A DNA stretch of 64,000 nucleotides, from NCBI RefSeq assembly GCF_006345805.1, contig NC_043000.1, positions 137,950,001-138,014,000 of the forward strand, in the 5' to 3' direction. The notes beneath the pieces were generated by a model. That model was given only the letters and a program-made list of their open reading frames with translations. It ran no database searches and was not told the DNA's origin. Numbering within the stretch: position 1 is the first letter of the stretch; the number at the start of each line of letters is the position of its first letter. Below, piece after piece: positions 1 through 12,927 of the stretch. Both the position numbers and the translations under genes were made by a program. The stretch is from Octopus sinensis (taxonomy: Eukaryota).

Positions 1-410
1 TATAGTAGGTGGTGCTTTCTCGAAAATTTCTTAAGAGGAAGACAGATTAGACACTTGCTAATATTAACTATTAGATTTTTAAATATTACAAGAGGGTGAC
101 AAGACTGTTTATGTATATAAGCGAGTTTCTCATTAGGCGTATGGAAAGGCTTATATGAGGAAGGGTTCAGATTTTGGGAAACATCTAAATAATAAACTAT
201 AGACAGATTAGTAGCTACTATAATTTTAAGACCCAATTGATTAAAGATACATATAAGTTGATTTCTAAATTTATCAGCGGTGTGACCATCACACCCATGG
301 GAAATACCCAATCCGTCGTCTCGGTAGAGACCAACGTCATGGGACGGGTACTTATATCTGAATGTGCTTAATATAAATAAACCCTCAGGATCACAAACGT
401 CAGCACTATC
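1..410 (-). mobile_element. Penelope-like element reverse transcriptase fragment (runs off window start)
   Basis: Minus frame reads DSADVCDPEGLFILSTFRYKYPSHDVGLYRDDGLGISHGCDGHTADKFRNQLICIFNQLGLKIIVATNLSIVYYLDVSQNLNPSSYKPFHTPNEKLAYIHKQSCHP. YRDD is at 315-326, followed by the PLE-type YLDV..NL...YKPF..PN...YI...S.HP segment; a frameshift occurs near position 40. Confidence 0.85.
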
Positions 411-477
411 ATGTGTGTATGTGTGTGTATATGTGTATGTGTGTGTGTGTATGTGTATGTGTGTGTATACATATATG

Positions 478-511
<34 letters not shown>
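411..511. repeat. (TG)n/(TA)n microsatellite
   Basis: Direct inspection. Confidence 0.95.
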
Positions 512-512
<1 letters not shown>

Positions 513-1334
513 TCACACGAGTGCATTCTGGTCCTGAAAGGGTAGAAAATCAGAGTATCATCAATGCAACACTCAACTGGAATTCGAGGCTATGTGCATT
601 CTTGAAGTGGAGTACCAAACGAATCTTACTAAACATGGTCAGTGCAGCGATGTAATAAAGCCGTCAATCCTAAACGCTTTCAATAGTCTTCTAGGCAATG
701 GCTATCAATATCTGTTGCCATACAACGGTACATCAATAATGATGATTTTAGTAAGTTTAACAAGTTTAACACGTTCAGCCCTTCATTAAGCGACTGACAC
801 TATATGATGATACTTGTTTACTATAACAACGCCAATCGCCGCATATCACTTCTTTCCCCCACGTATCGCAATAGCTCTATACAATATCCAGATTTTCTAC
901 GTGTTGGGGTACGAAGCCCGAAATATTGTAGAAAAGCAAGGTAAAACAATAACTGTTGTTCCAGTTTTCTACTGTATTTCATCCATTTTTCATTGTTTAC
1001 CCTTTTAGCAATCTTTAATCTTCCTTTCCACAATTTACCAGCTAGTATAATCCTTTTAAAGTAATGTACCACGAAAATCTGGTTATATGATAACTAAACG
1101 TTCTCTACTTCAGTTAAAAATGTATAAGAAACTAAAGTAGGTAGTTTCTAACCACCATTTTATTCAGTATTGCACAACCTACGAATATTTTATTCATTTT
1201 TCTCTTGCCTCAGCTTATTTTTTCTTTAACGCATGACTTGTTATAGTGATACATCAAATATATTATACATTTTTCACGCAGTTTATTCATATACAGAAAG
1301 AATTCCTTCATTTCTTGCATAACAGTTCTCTGAA

Positions 1335-1470
1335 ACCTGTTCAACGGACCGCCCCTGTTTGGGGTGGTAGTCTAATATGGTACTGGGTTCTGAGTCTTGA
1401 TCGTCTTTAGCGGAGCCCAAATGCTTACACACATTCAGGGCCAGTCTCCAGTTTAAAACAAACTCAATCC
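1335..1470 (+). mobile_element. Possible degraded CR1/L2-like LINE fragment
   Basis: Frame APVWGGSLIWYWVLSLDRL*R resembles the post-RT PVW...LDRLQR region; short and stop-interrupted. Confidence 0.3.
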
Positions 1471-1489
1471 TTAGCTCCTACAGTCTCAG

Positions 1490-1679
1490 TGGAAGCGTGT
1501 TACTTAGTAGTTAGGGTGTTGAATTCAGGATTTGTAAGATTAAGGCTGCATTTCTTGGACCTGGCGGCGCGTTGTGTTTTTGAGCAAGACACTTCATTTC
1601 ACGTTACTCCCGTCCAGTAGAGAAACCAGGAAACCGGCCCTATGTGTCTGTATGACTGGGGAGGGAACGTTATCCTTAT
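1490..1679 (+). mobile_element. tRNA-derived SINE (internally deleted)
   Basis: Degenerate tRNA-like head plus gcgttgtgtttttgagcaagacacttcatttcacgtt body, shared with the 14975-15303 copy. 13-bp TSD cctacagt(c/t)tcag at 1477-1489 and 1680-1692. Confidence 0.75.
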
Positions 1680-2093
1680 CCTACAGTTTCAGAATCCCTG
1701 ATGATGATAATAATGGTGATACCTATCTGCCTCCCATTGAGCCATAAAAATAGCTACTATCCCTATTAGTTCGCATGCATATCGAAAACTATCTAATAAA
1801 TTCGTAGACTTAATTTCCTGGGCTCCAATCTTAACAGCAATTTCTATGCTACAGGTCCATTTCATTCTATATTCCTCTGATATAAAATAATTAGAGTTAT
1901 TCTGCAAATGTTCCTGTGTCTCATTTCATATATGTTCACTGTTCTATGAAAAGACTGACTAGTCACCGATGAATCGAAGGGAGGTAATTACCTCCTCATC
2001 TACATTGAGTTCAATAATGAGTCACGTTACCACTTGATTTCCATGCTTATGTAATACTGTTTATCCGCATGTGATGTACAGTTATAATAGTAT

Positions 2094-2147
<54 letters not shown>
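2094..2147. repeat. (AGT)n microsatellite
   Basis: Direct inspection. Confidence 0.95.
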
Positions 2148-4275
2148 CTGTTATTGTTTTATAGCTTTTTCTACTGATACCCTTCACGTAACATCAGACA
2201 CAATTGTGTCTTCTGAAGACGCAATGGCACTATATTGTGTAGGGGTCGTTCATTTTACTCAAAAAAGATGACTTGGTTCATTTCAGACCAGTGAGTATTA
2301 AGGGAAGAAATTAGTTGCTGAACTTCGTTAGAATGTTTTAACAAATGGTCTGAAAAGTTCTTTGAGGAATTTCTTTTTCTACTGTGCGTTGGTTGGGGTG
2401 TTGGAACATTATTGCTTTTCTTTTCATTCTCATCTCATGTATACTGTTTGGAAAAGATGAAAGTTTCAATATATATTTTTGGTTGATCGCTCCTTTCTTT
2501 CTCGTGATGCTACACTTGGCACGATTGCATAGCTTAACTGATGTAAATGTAATGAGCACTTTTTTTGCATTTATTTATTTTTATTCATAAATTATTCAGT
2601 GAGACAGTATTAAATTGATTCACTGTATGAAGTTTTCTATTTTATACTAGCAAACCACAAATACAAATTTGTAATTCTCTTGAAATTGTTAAATCAGATA
2701 AAAATAGATCTTAAGAGATGTTTTACTGGAGATAATCAGACGAAATTGAATTTTACAGAAGCCCTTTTGTGCCAGTCTAGTATTAATCGAAGCAATTTTT
2801 GCTGCTTTTGTTTTCTTTTTCATTTACATAGGATTTTATACGCACACGCACATATTTTCATGTTCTTTGCTTTCGCTACTTTACAAATCTTTCAATACCT
2901 TTTTATTCTTTCATTTAATAAAAATCATTGTTAGCTAGACAAGGTTTATGCACTGTTTGCCGTGTTAACCTCAGACTGTTTGTATCATTTTAACTCATAC
3001 TAATCATCCTATGGACTTGCCAACGACCATCAAGACATTCAGGTAATCTCTGATATTGTGCAATGAAGATGTTGTATATAGTTTTTTCCCTTCATTTAAT
3101 TCCTGTGAGAGACCACATAAAACGTTATATATTACTGTTCGTTGTATAAATTTACTCTTAGATCTATGTCGAAATAAATTAGAAAACCTAAACATGTTTA
3201 GGAACGTTACTTTCGTTTGCCATTAGTTGATAACGACGCAAGTATCATGATACCAATACCATTCGGTTTAATATTGGATTTTGCTTTTAAAGATGAGTGG
3301 GAGCTATTTGATTAAATGTTAGCTGTACAAAGACAAACGATTAAATAGTATCAGAATCAGATAAGACTTTGATACACGCGTAGTTCTTATAAAAAAATTC
3401 GAACTTAATTGTTTTCCACGACGAACGTTTAAATCACACCGATTTGTCAAGTTGTATAAAGACATTTTGATGCATGGAACCTATATTGTATCCACCAAAC
3501 CAAAACTCGCATGATCCTACTACAATAAACTGATACAACCACTACATACTGCTAAATAGATCACCATGAAACTAATAAAGCTTAATAACAGTAAGTGCTC
3601 ATCCAGTCTGTTGTACTTATACGTTTTCCATATTGCATTATCTTTTCTGCATTACAGCATTTGCAAAGTAGAAACAAAAGCATATTTAGTCTGAGCAGGT
3701 AAATGACAGGAATTTGAGCATATGTGATTATAAAACAACCTAAAGTCACAAATGTTATTGAAATGCAGATTAAAATTAATGGAATCGTAGCAGAAAAAGT
3801 AGACTTCAGTTATTTTTTCAGCTAAGTATTGCAGCGTTCTTAATATTAACCATTTCATTCTAGGAATACTTACTATATTTTTCTTTGGCTCATGGATATG
3901 GTATATGATTGCTATCTTGTATATCGGTATATGTTTGAAATTTTGTCTCTCTGAATATTTTTTATTCTGTTCATTTGAATTTTTCTACTTTGCAGAGACG
4001 TCTGTTATGTTAGCATGACACTAATGACACGAAACTTACAATACTGCACATATTGACTATCGTGCTTCTCCCAAGGAATGACATAATTTCATTTTTGTAG
4101 TTGCAGCATTGTTATTGTGAATATGATATCAAATTTATATGTGATAATCTGCAGCAAATATATACATAATTAAATACAAAATATCTGCTTTATGAACCAA
4201 CAAAATGTCTCAACTTTCCTTGAAATTATATTGTGTTACTTAGAAAATCGTGAATTACAATAGTAATGGAAATCT

Positions 4276-4364
4276 TTCTGTCTGTCTGTCTGTCTATCTG
4301 TCTGTCTCTCTATCTATCTATCTATCTATATATCTATCTATCCATCCATCTATTTATCTGTCTG

Positions 4365-4460
<96 letters not shown>

Positions 4461-4484
4461 GCTATCTATCTATCTATCTATCTA
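4276..4484. repeat. (TCTG)n/(TCTA)n tetranucleotide array
   Basis: Direct inspection; source of the LSIY-repeat ORFs. Confidence 0.95.
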
Positions 4485-5150
4485 CATACAATGCCCACGA
4501 TTTAAATGGGATGGTTTTGAGCACAATTCTGCTCTGTGAGGTCTTATCTGAAGTTACACAACAGTTACGAATACCATAACGTTTTATACATAAATTTCGA
4601 TAAAGATACAATAAGCATATGCATAATATATTAAACCCTTGCCTTCTAAGATATGAGGCTGGGTTTCACTATTTGTAACATGTTTCAGAGTACACGCACT
4701 TGTTTACCCTGTAAAAAATTATTTCCAGATTTATACATAATCGTAATATTATTACTGTAATTTAGAATATTTTGTCAACAAAGTATGTTTTTGTTATACA
4801 TTGTAATCCTCTACTCTGCCACAGAATCACAAAGGTTTGTATAATTGATGAGGACGTTAGAAACGTGATTTAATGTATCGTTGAACACTTTTATGCTAAC
4901 TTATTATATTGTAGGTCTTCCTGCTGCATGCCTATATTCTGCAATGATAATGTTTACTAATGAGATAATAAATAGACGATTCGTATTAGATAGGAAGTTA
5001 ATTTCGGTGCAAGATGTGACTTGTGTGAAATACGAGCACAGTAAAAAAACCATCGCTTAAAACTTACATGCATTTGCTGATATTTTATGCGCATACATCT
5101 ACACAATAAATACATGCATAGGTACATACATATTTGCTTGCATAGATACA

Positions 5151-5152
<2 letters not shown>

Positions 5153-5224
<72 letters not shown>

Positions 5225-5290
5225 CATATATATATACATACATACATATATACATACATACATACATACATACATACATACATACATACA

Positions 5291-5321
<31 letters not shown>
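5153..5321. repeat. (TA)n-(TACA)n compound microsatellite
   Basis: Direct inspection. Confidence 0.95.
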
Positions 5322-5322
<1 letters not shown>

Positions 5323-7032
5323 AAAGTCTACCATTGGATAAACATACAATGTTCCTGCTATTTAATACACTCATATTAACATAAGAAATATTAGTTTCGA
5401 CATCGAAACTTCTGCCAAAAGGGGAAAAAATAACAGTTCTGATAGAAGCCCTAGAGAAGTGAATTTTTCTTCTAAATTCTGAGGAGAAGAATATTAATGG
5501 ACCAATGCTTAAAATACTGCTTCTCTAACTGCGATATAAATTCACATTTACATCAATAATTAATATTATTTATTTGAATCGTCTTGGCAGATGCCAATTT
5601 TTTTAAAGAAATTACTGAGCAGAAAATTCTCAAGTTAGGTTAACAATGATTTAGTGAGTGCATGTACATTCTGGTCTCAGTAACTAAATTGATGATGAAC
5701 TCAAATTATAAATGTTTTGTAAAGCTTGATTACTTTTTGTAAGCATACTTATCGTGTAAAATAAATAGATAGGTCACTCTGATCTCAACAAGAGTTTACT
5801 TTGCAGAGGAAACCTAATGGTGATTTCTAATATTTATATAACATTTACTTGTTTGGGATAAGACGGGAGGAATTGTCGATTACCTTAACTCCAGGAACTT
5901 GACTGGTGTTTATTGTATCACTCGAAGTAAGAAGAAAGACAAATTCGACATCGGTGGCATTTGAACTCAAAATGCATAAGGATTCAACTATATGTTAGTC
6001 GATCATTACTGAAAGTCAGATTAAGATGTCCGCTTGAACATTCATTTGAGAAGCTAACATAATAATATAAATGCAGTATATGTAAAACCTTTTATAATGT
6101 ATAGTAATATAAATATAATTTATACACTATTTATTCGTCAAAAATCTAACAAATCTGAGATCATGAATAATGCGCCGCACATTATGCAATTCTCATGCTC
6201 ATCAGGTAATAAGTAAAAGTGAGTGGGATGACGACTTGTTAAGTAATCAACTGATTCCAAGACATGTGAAATTTTAAGAACAAAGTGGGCGCGTCATTAA
6301 ACGGACGATCAATAGTATAGAACAGGGAAGGGATGAATTATAATTTACAGTTATAGACCTTGAGATAAAAGATATTGACTGAGGATGTTTTGCATTCAAT
6401 GAAACAGATAATTAGCAATGGGAAACATATTAACTCCTTTAGACATGTTTAGAGTAGACGTTTATAGTTGTTCAAAAAAGAATAGTCTCATTATAAGTTA
6501 GCGTAAAAATGCTTAACAATATATTAAATAATGTTTCTAACATTCTCATCAATAATACGAAACTTTGAGATTCGGTATCACAATAGAGGTTTGCATAATA
6601 AAGTCATTTTATTGACAAAATATTCTAAATTACAATAGTGATATCACGATTATGCATAAATCTAGAAATAACTGTTAATTGAGCAAGTAAGTGCGTGTAC
6701 ATTGAAACACGTTACAAATAGTGCAAACCAGTCTCATGTTTTAGAATACAAGGGCTTAATATATTATGCATATGCTTATTAGAGTTTTATAAAAAAATTA
6801 TGAATAAAAGGTTATGGTATACTTAGGTGCATAACTCCAGATAAGTCCTCGGTGAGCAGGGTATTGTGTATATATATGTTCATATACAAAGAGTTTTATA
6901 CACAAAGACATAAACAGGAATACATACACGCAAATACATGCACATACATATACAAGAACAACACGTCCATTTATTTATTCACATATATCTCCAGATACAA
7001 ACATATACACGCACACACACTTACATATAATC

Positions 7033-7036
<4 letters not shown>

Positions 7037-7092
<56 letters not shown>

Positions 7093-7219
7093 GTAGGTAT
7101 ATGTATATATATAAACACACAGAGTGAGAGAGAGAGAGAAAGAAACAGATGTACATACATATACATACGTACATATATATGTATGTATGTATGTGTATAT
7201 ATATATATATATATATATA
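7037..7219. repeat. (TA)n/(TATG)n/(GA)n compound microsatellite
   Basis: Direct inspection. Confidence 0.9.
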
Positions 7220-7295
7220 CTTTGATACTTTGATACTTTGATAGGTTTCAGCCATTATTGGCCCAGGCCATGTCTAACTTAATAGCACCACCTGG
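7218..7295 (-). mobile_element. 3' terminus of CR1-clade LINE with (ATCAAAGT)n tail
   Basis: Reverse complement gttagacatggcctgggccaataatggctgaaacctatcaaagtatcaaagtatcaaagt matches the 3' end of the CR1 fragment at 19228-19915 (gttagatatggcctggactaatctttgggtcgaaacatatcaaagt). Confidence 0.65.
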
Positions 7296-7799
7296 GTGCC
7301 TATATATATATATATACGTGTGTGTGTGTGTGTAAAAAGGTTGAATTAGATTCGTCCTTAAACTTGAAGGTTTTTGAAGGTTCCCCCATAAAGATTTCTA
7401 ATATTAGTTCTTCATATTTTGCTGGTAGCTTACTGGCTTAAAATTGCGAATATAAAAATAATACTTGTATATGGTGTGTTGTGAATTTATGGAAAGAAAT
7501 CCCATAAAATTCAACAATTTTGATAAAAATGGAGAAGAGAAGATGTTAAACTATATAAGAGAATTTTAATTCATGCAGACGATCGCTTCGTACAACGATA
7601 TAAAAATCATGCAAACTCATGGTTAAACAGAATTAAATAAATTAATTAGATTAAATTAAATTAATTATGTATAACTGTACTCTTCAGTGCAAGAAGTATA
7701 AACAAATTTTTTACAAAGCACTTGAGAAAGGAAAAAAGCAGAATAGGATCTTGAAGATTCATATTTATCCTTATGAGAAAGAAAGATATGTGTCATTCC

Positions 7800-9500
7800 A
7801 GTTAGGCATTAACTAAAACTAAAAACTATAACAGTTATTTGAAAATATAAGTGAGAGAGGTTTTAGAGACGTTCTCTCTATAGATGAGTAAGGAGACTCG
7901 AAATTGTAACTCCAAATAAGTCGTGTAGGGAAAATATTGTATAGAAATGTCCAATGGATAGGCATTGCTATATTTGAATTAAGATATAATCTGACAGTTG
8001 TAATACTTAGTGTAGTGAATATTAAAAAACATTTGATACATGAGAATTAAGTTAAACTAGAAGAGATAATGTATAAACCCTTGTTAATGTAAACAAGTTT
8101 TCTAGGGGTAAAAAGGGTTAAAGAGAGAATAAGATAAGATGCTCAAGATGGACTTGTGTTTGCATAAGAACTAATATTCGTTAGTATGTATTAAATACAA
8201 GGTAGAAAAATAAGTAAAACCAGAAAAAATATTTGTTAATATTACAATTAGAGAGTAAATACTTGCTGTGGCTATAAAAATGAAAAAGAGCTCTCAGGGA
8301 TGTAGGAATACGGATAAATAACAGTGTAGAGGAGATAAATGAGCTGGGAATGAAAAATAGGAAAAAAGAGGATTTAATTTATATGTATTGATATGTGACT
8401 ATATTTAAGTATGAATAAAAATATGAGGTAAGAAACTAGTTTGGCATAATGTTAAAGGGATATATATATAGTGGTATAATGTTTGTATTAATATTCAAGT
8501 AATAGAAGATTATTGTGTATTATGAATATAAGAGAAATTACGAGTTTAGGGGTGCACATAAGTTTACAAAAAAACTTCTACACAGTGTCCTATAAAAACT
8601 TATAAGAAAAACATTGTTAATATATTTACTTATACGTGAGTAGAGGAATATCTGCACATATATCAGCAGTTATATATATATACAGAGATATAGGAATTCC
8701 AGTTGTATTTTGATTAGGGAATACATAAAGGAAGGAACACCCTATAAAAGTATATATACTCATTCCGGTGGAAAGAGCGAAAAATGGCACACGCATATAG
8801 ATATAATTACACTTATAAAAAATAATAGTATATATGTGTTTATGTGAAACATACGTATATGTGGACACGTTCATATTGATAAATACACGTTAGTGGCAAT
8901 ATATAGTGAATAAACACACAATAATAATAGATATGCACACAGATGATATATAAGATCCATATCTAGATATGAACATGGTTATAGGCATGTAGGACACCAA
9001 GTTGTACTATATATGTTTCAATATCTCAGCAGTAAAATATATTTAATCATCAGGTAGAGTGACAAGTAACATAAAACAGTATTAGTTAGAATGGATATGT
9101 TGAAGGGGTTTAAATGGGCCCATTATGCAAATAAAATAAAATGCAAAAATTATAGGTATATTATATAGTAGGGAAAGGTGTAATCTAAAAAACGGACATA
9201 TTGAGAGAAAAGGAGATGTAAGGAGAGGTAGATAAAGTGTTAGTCCAATATATGGTGGGTCATGCAATTGTTAGAAGGAAAAGTTTTAAAATATATATCA
9301 AGATAGTGTAAGATATAGTGATGTAAAGTGGATCTGATGGGTAATTGTATTCCATAGTAAAAGATAATATATAGAAATATTTAAAAAGAAAAGCGAAAAA
9401 CAAATCTAAGCAAGGCAGGAGTGAATATTTTATAAATATCTTAGCGTCGGAAACATGTGCATATTTGTTGCACCGTTTTTGGCACATGAAAAGAAACACG
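7800..9500 (-). mobile_element. Highly degraded CR1-like LINE
   Basis: LDLFF...PSDP resembles the endonuclease C-terminal LDL..T...SDH segment (about 9300-9420). Purine-rich plus strand; downstream remnants resemble CR1 RT and 3' regions. Many stops. Confidence 0.45.
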
Positions 9501-9742
9501 CAATTCCACATAATAGGCTATAGTTACAATTTATTGAGTATACTAATTAACGTTGAGACGATAATAATTTACCTTAGTGACTAACTGGGCCACCTATAGA
9601 GTGAAACCTCATGTAATATGTACTACTGAATCCAGTATTAAGCATAACCTGAACGTTCCGCGGTTCTTTTTATGCATTGTTGTGCTCAAGAACAATATTT
9701 CAGTAATTCTATGTTAACTTATTTAACTACCTGCATATTATT

Positions 9743-10079
9743 CAATGCTTGGAATCTCGTTGAGAGAGCACATCAGTAGCGAGGTCATCAGAAAGAAGTC
9801 CGGCGTGAGGGATGTCATCGCAGAGCATACACGCAGCAAGTTTAGATGGGCTGGACACGTCGCCTGGCTCACCGATAATCGGTGGACCCGCGCAGTTGTC
9901 GAGTGGTACCCGCGTGAGCGGAAACGACCACCCGGAAGGCCTCCACAACGGTGGAGTTACGATTTCAAGAGGACGGTTGGGATCACGTGGATGAGAAAGG
10001 CGCGATCCAGAGAGGAATGGACAGCGTGTCAAATGGACGCCCGACGGACTGGTCGGTCAAGGTGATCAAGGTGATATTA
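9743..10079 (+). mobile_element. 5'-truncated RTE-clade LINE, apparently young
   Basis: Open ORF 9745-10065 with the RTE C-terminal signature (KFRWAGHVAW..DNRWT..V.EW.PR..KRP.GRP..RW). Tail (TCAAGGTGA)2. Perfect 20-bp TSD ttaactacctgcatattatt at 9723-9742 and 10080-10099. Confidence 0.93.
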
Positions 10080-10448
10080 TTAACTACCTGCATATTATTT
10101 AGATCAAATTACAATCCAATTTCCCCCTTATTATAAGCCTAAAAACTATAACGCACTTGTAGAGGCAAGAAAATACCTCGCAAGCTTTTCAAGGCATGTT
10201 TAATATTACGATACTGTGTATACATAAAACTATTGATTCACATCAGTAACTATTGAAATCTTCACAGGTATATAGCTTACTGAAGATAAATACAGAATTA
10301 CTTCCAAACGTAAATCCCTTGTGTTTCATAACTTTTACAGGATAGGCAAATATTTCCGTGGATAGACACAAGTATTTACGGGCAGAAATTTCCTGGAAAC
10401 TTTCTTACCAAATTCTTCCTTTCAGACACCTGTAAGCAAAATGAAATA

Positions 10449-11740
10449 CAGGATTGGACAGACAGGACGGACGTTTTTGAAATGGCTATAACTCAGCCCC
10501 AGTGGGAGGGACATATGTTCAACAAGTAGCATTCGATCCGTGGTGTTTTATCATTTTCCTTTCAGGTTACACCATGGCACTGTGGACGATAAAGCGTCGC
10601 GTGTTTGCCTACGACAGTTACGAGAAGAATAACGATTCTGTCACAGCAGTGCAGCATGAGTTTCGACGCCACTTCAACATTCACCGAAATCAGGCTGTTC
10701 CCACCCGTAACACAATCTTACGTTGGGTGAATGCATTTCGTACACGAGGTACACTAATGAATAGGAGACTGGTGGGAGCACTACGAACGGTACGGACAAC
10801 GAAAAATGTGGAACGCGTCAGACAAGCTTTGATACGGAGTCCGAAACGCTCTGCTCTGAGCCATTCCACTGAACTTGGCATCAGTAATCGATCGGTAAGG
10901 CAGTTCTACCTGTACATATTAGCCATTGGACATCAGTTGAAACCCTGGGACAATGCACAGCGGCTTAACTTCGTATGTCAGATGGAAGTGATTTTTGAGG
11001 CAATTTTGTTAATTAGTGATGGAGCTAATTTTCATTTCAATGGCATCGTGAATCAACAGAGCTGTCGTTATTGGGTTCTTGAAAACCAGAGATAATTGCA
11101 CGAAAGGCCACTGCACAGTCCAAAAGTGATGGTCTGGTGTGCTGTTGGAATAGCTGTGGTCATTGGATCTTACATTGTTTGAAAACAATAATGGAAAAGC
11201 TGTTACTGTGAACTCCGAATATTACATCGAGATCACAAACAACTTCTTTGTGCCTGAATTACGACGAAAACTTACGCCTATTCGACGTGCGTGGCTTCAG
11301 CAGGATGGGGTGACATCCCACACAGCCAAGTGCGTCAATGAACGTTCTTCACCCTCTCTTCGTTGACCGCCTCATTTCCAGGTTTGCTGATATTCCTTGC
11401 CCCTCCCTCGGCCCCCTGATTTGTCCATGTGCGATTATTTCTTGAAAGCACGTGTGTATGCGCATAAGCCCCGTACATTAGACGATTTGAAGGAAGCTGT
11501 TCGCGTGGAAGTCACTCAAATCGACAGAGCAATGTTGAAGAGAGTGGAGATCAACTTCCAAGAACGTCTTCAGAATACTTCAATGAAAACGGACACCACG
11601 TGATGAATGTTGCTTTTCACGCTTAATTTTGACAAATGTTAATTCAATACAAACTCACAGATGTCAATAAAATCTGTTTGCAGCTGAAATTAATGGTTTT
11701 GTGAATTTTAAAAAACGTCTGTCCTCTCTGTCCCACCCTG
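10449..11740 (+). mobile_element. Tc1/mariner DNA transposon, rosa (DD41D)-type, defective
   Basis: About 34-bp TIRs (caggattggacagacaggacggacgtttttgaaa / tttaaaaaacgtctgtcctctctgtcccaccctg) flanked by TA at 10447-8 and 11741-2. Transposase pieces: N-terminal HTH region, SDGANFHFNG (SDEAHF-like), QQDG, DLSMCDYF. 41 residues lie between the 2nd and 3rd Asp after repairing two frameshifts. Confidence 0.9.
10573..11600 (+). pseudogene. DD41D transposase pseudogene
   Basis: ORF-track pieces 10502-11095, 11163-11366 and 11397-11603 are colinear parts of one transposase broken by stops, frameshifts and a deletion. Confidence 0.85.
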
Positions 11741-11788
11741 TATAAAGAATTTAAAGTTCGACCCAGTGAAGAAACGTATTTGACCTGT

Positions 11789-12011
11789 TCTTTCATTCTC
11801 TTATTTGTCTCAGTCATTTGACTGTGGCCATGCTGGAGCACCGCCTTTAATCGATGAAATCGACCCCAGAACTTATTCCTTGTAAGCCTAGTACTTATTC
11901 TATCGGTCTCTTTGCCGAACCGCTAAGATATGGGGACGTAAACACACCAGCATTGGTTGTCAAGCGATGGTGGGGGGACAAACAAAGACACTCAAACACA
12001 CACACACACAT

Positions 12012-12052
<41 letters not shown>

Positions 12053-12234
12053 GAGAGAGAGATATATATATATACGACGGTCTTTTTACAGTTTCCGTCT
12101 ACCAAATCTGCACCCAAGGCTTTTGTCGGCCCGAGGCTATAGTAGAAGACACTTACCCAAGGTGCCACGCAGTGGGACTGAACCCGAAACCATGTGGTTG
12201 GTAAGCAAGCTACTTACTACACAGCTACGCCTGT
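11789..12234 (-). mobile_element. tRNA-derived SINE with internal (CA)/(TA) microsatellite (family A)
   Basis: Minus strand has a tRNA-like head (B-box-like gggttcagtccc), the body gcaccttgggtaagtgtcttctactatagcc and a tail ending gctccagcatggccacagtcaaatgactga. Same family at 32085 and 51090. Confidence 0.88.
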
Positions 12235-12327
12235 ATACATATTATATATATTTTAATCATAAATATCTTTTTATCAATTTTATGTTTAGCAATTAAGACC
12301 CTTGTGACTAGTCATTATTAGGAAGAA

Positions 12328-12927
12328 GGAAGGCGGTGAGCTGGCAGAAACGTTAGGACGCCGGGTGAAATGCTCAGCGGTATTTCGTCTGCCGCTACGT
12401 TCTGAGTTCAAATTCCGCCGAGGTCGACTTTGCCTTTCATCCTTTCGGAGTTGATTAAATAAGTACCTATTTCTTTATTACCCACAAGGGGCTAAACATA
12501 GAGGAGACAAACAAGAACAGACATAGGTATTCAGTCGATTACATCGACCCCAGGGCGTAACTGGTACTTAATTTATCGACCCCGAAAGGATGAAAGGCAA
12601 AGTCGACTACTGCGGAATTTGAACACAGAACGTAACAGTAGACGAAATACGGCTACGCATTTCGCCCGGCGTGCTAACGTTTCTACCAGCTCGCCGCCTT
12701 TAAGTACCAGTTACGCACTGGGGTCGATATAATCGACTTAATCAGTTTGTCTCTCCTTGTTTGTCCCTTCTGTGTTTAGCCCCTTGTGAGTTCAAATTTC
12801 ATCGAGGTCGACTTTGCCTTTCATCCTTTCGGGGTCAATAAATTAAGCACCAGTTTAGTACCAGAGTCGATGTAATCATTTACCCTACTCTCCACAAAAT
12901 TCAGGCATTGTGCCTATAGCAGAAAAG
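12328..12927 (+). mobile_element. Nested stack of family-B SINEs
   Basis: Head aaggcggtgagctggcagaaacg...gttcaaattcc and core gtcgactttgcctttcatcctttcgg. Whole block flanked by 14-bp TSD attattaggaagaa (12314-12327, 12928-12941). Confidence 0.88.
12468..12700 (-). mobile_element. Full-length family-B SINE inserted antisense into another copy
   Basis: Complete reverse-complement copy with 8-bp TSD taagtacc (12460-12467, 12701-12708). Confidence 0.9.

Noticed and set aside
2340-3900. Hydrophobic frames resembling 7TM (Mth/adhesion GPCR) helices
   Set aside because: The pieces lie on opposite strands with many stops; F/L/I-rich translations are expected from T-rich DNA.
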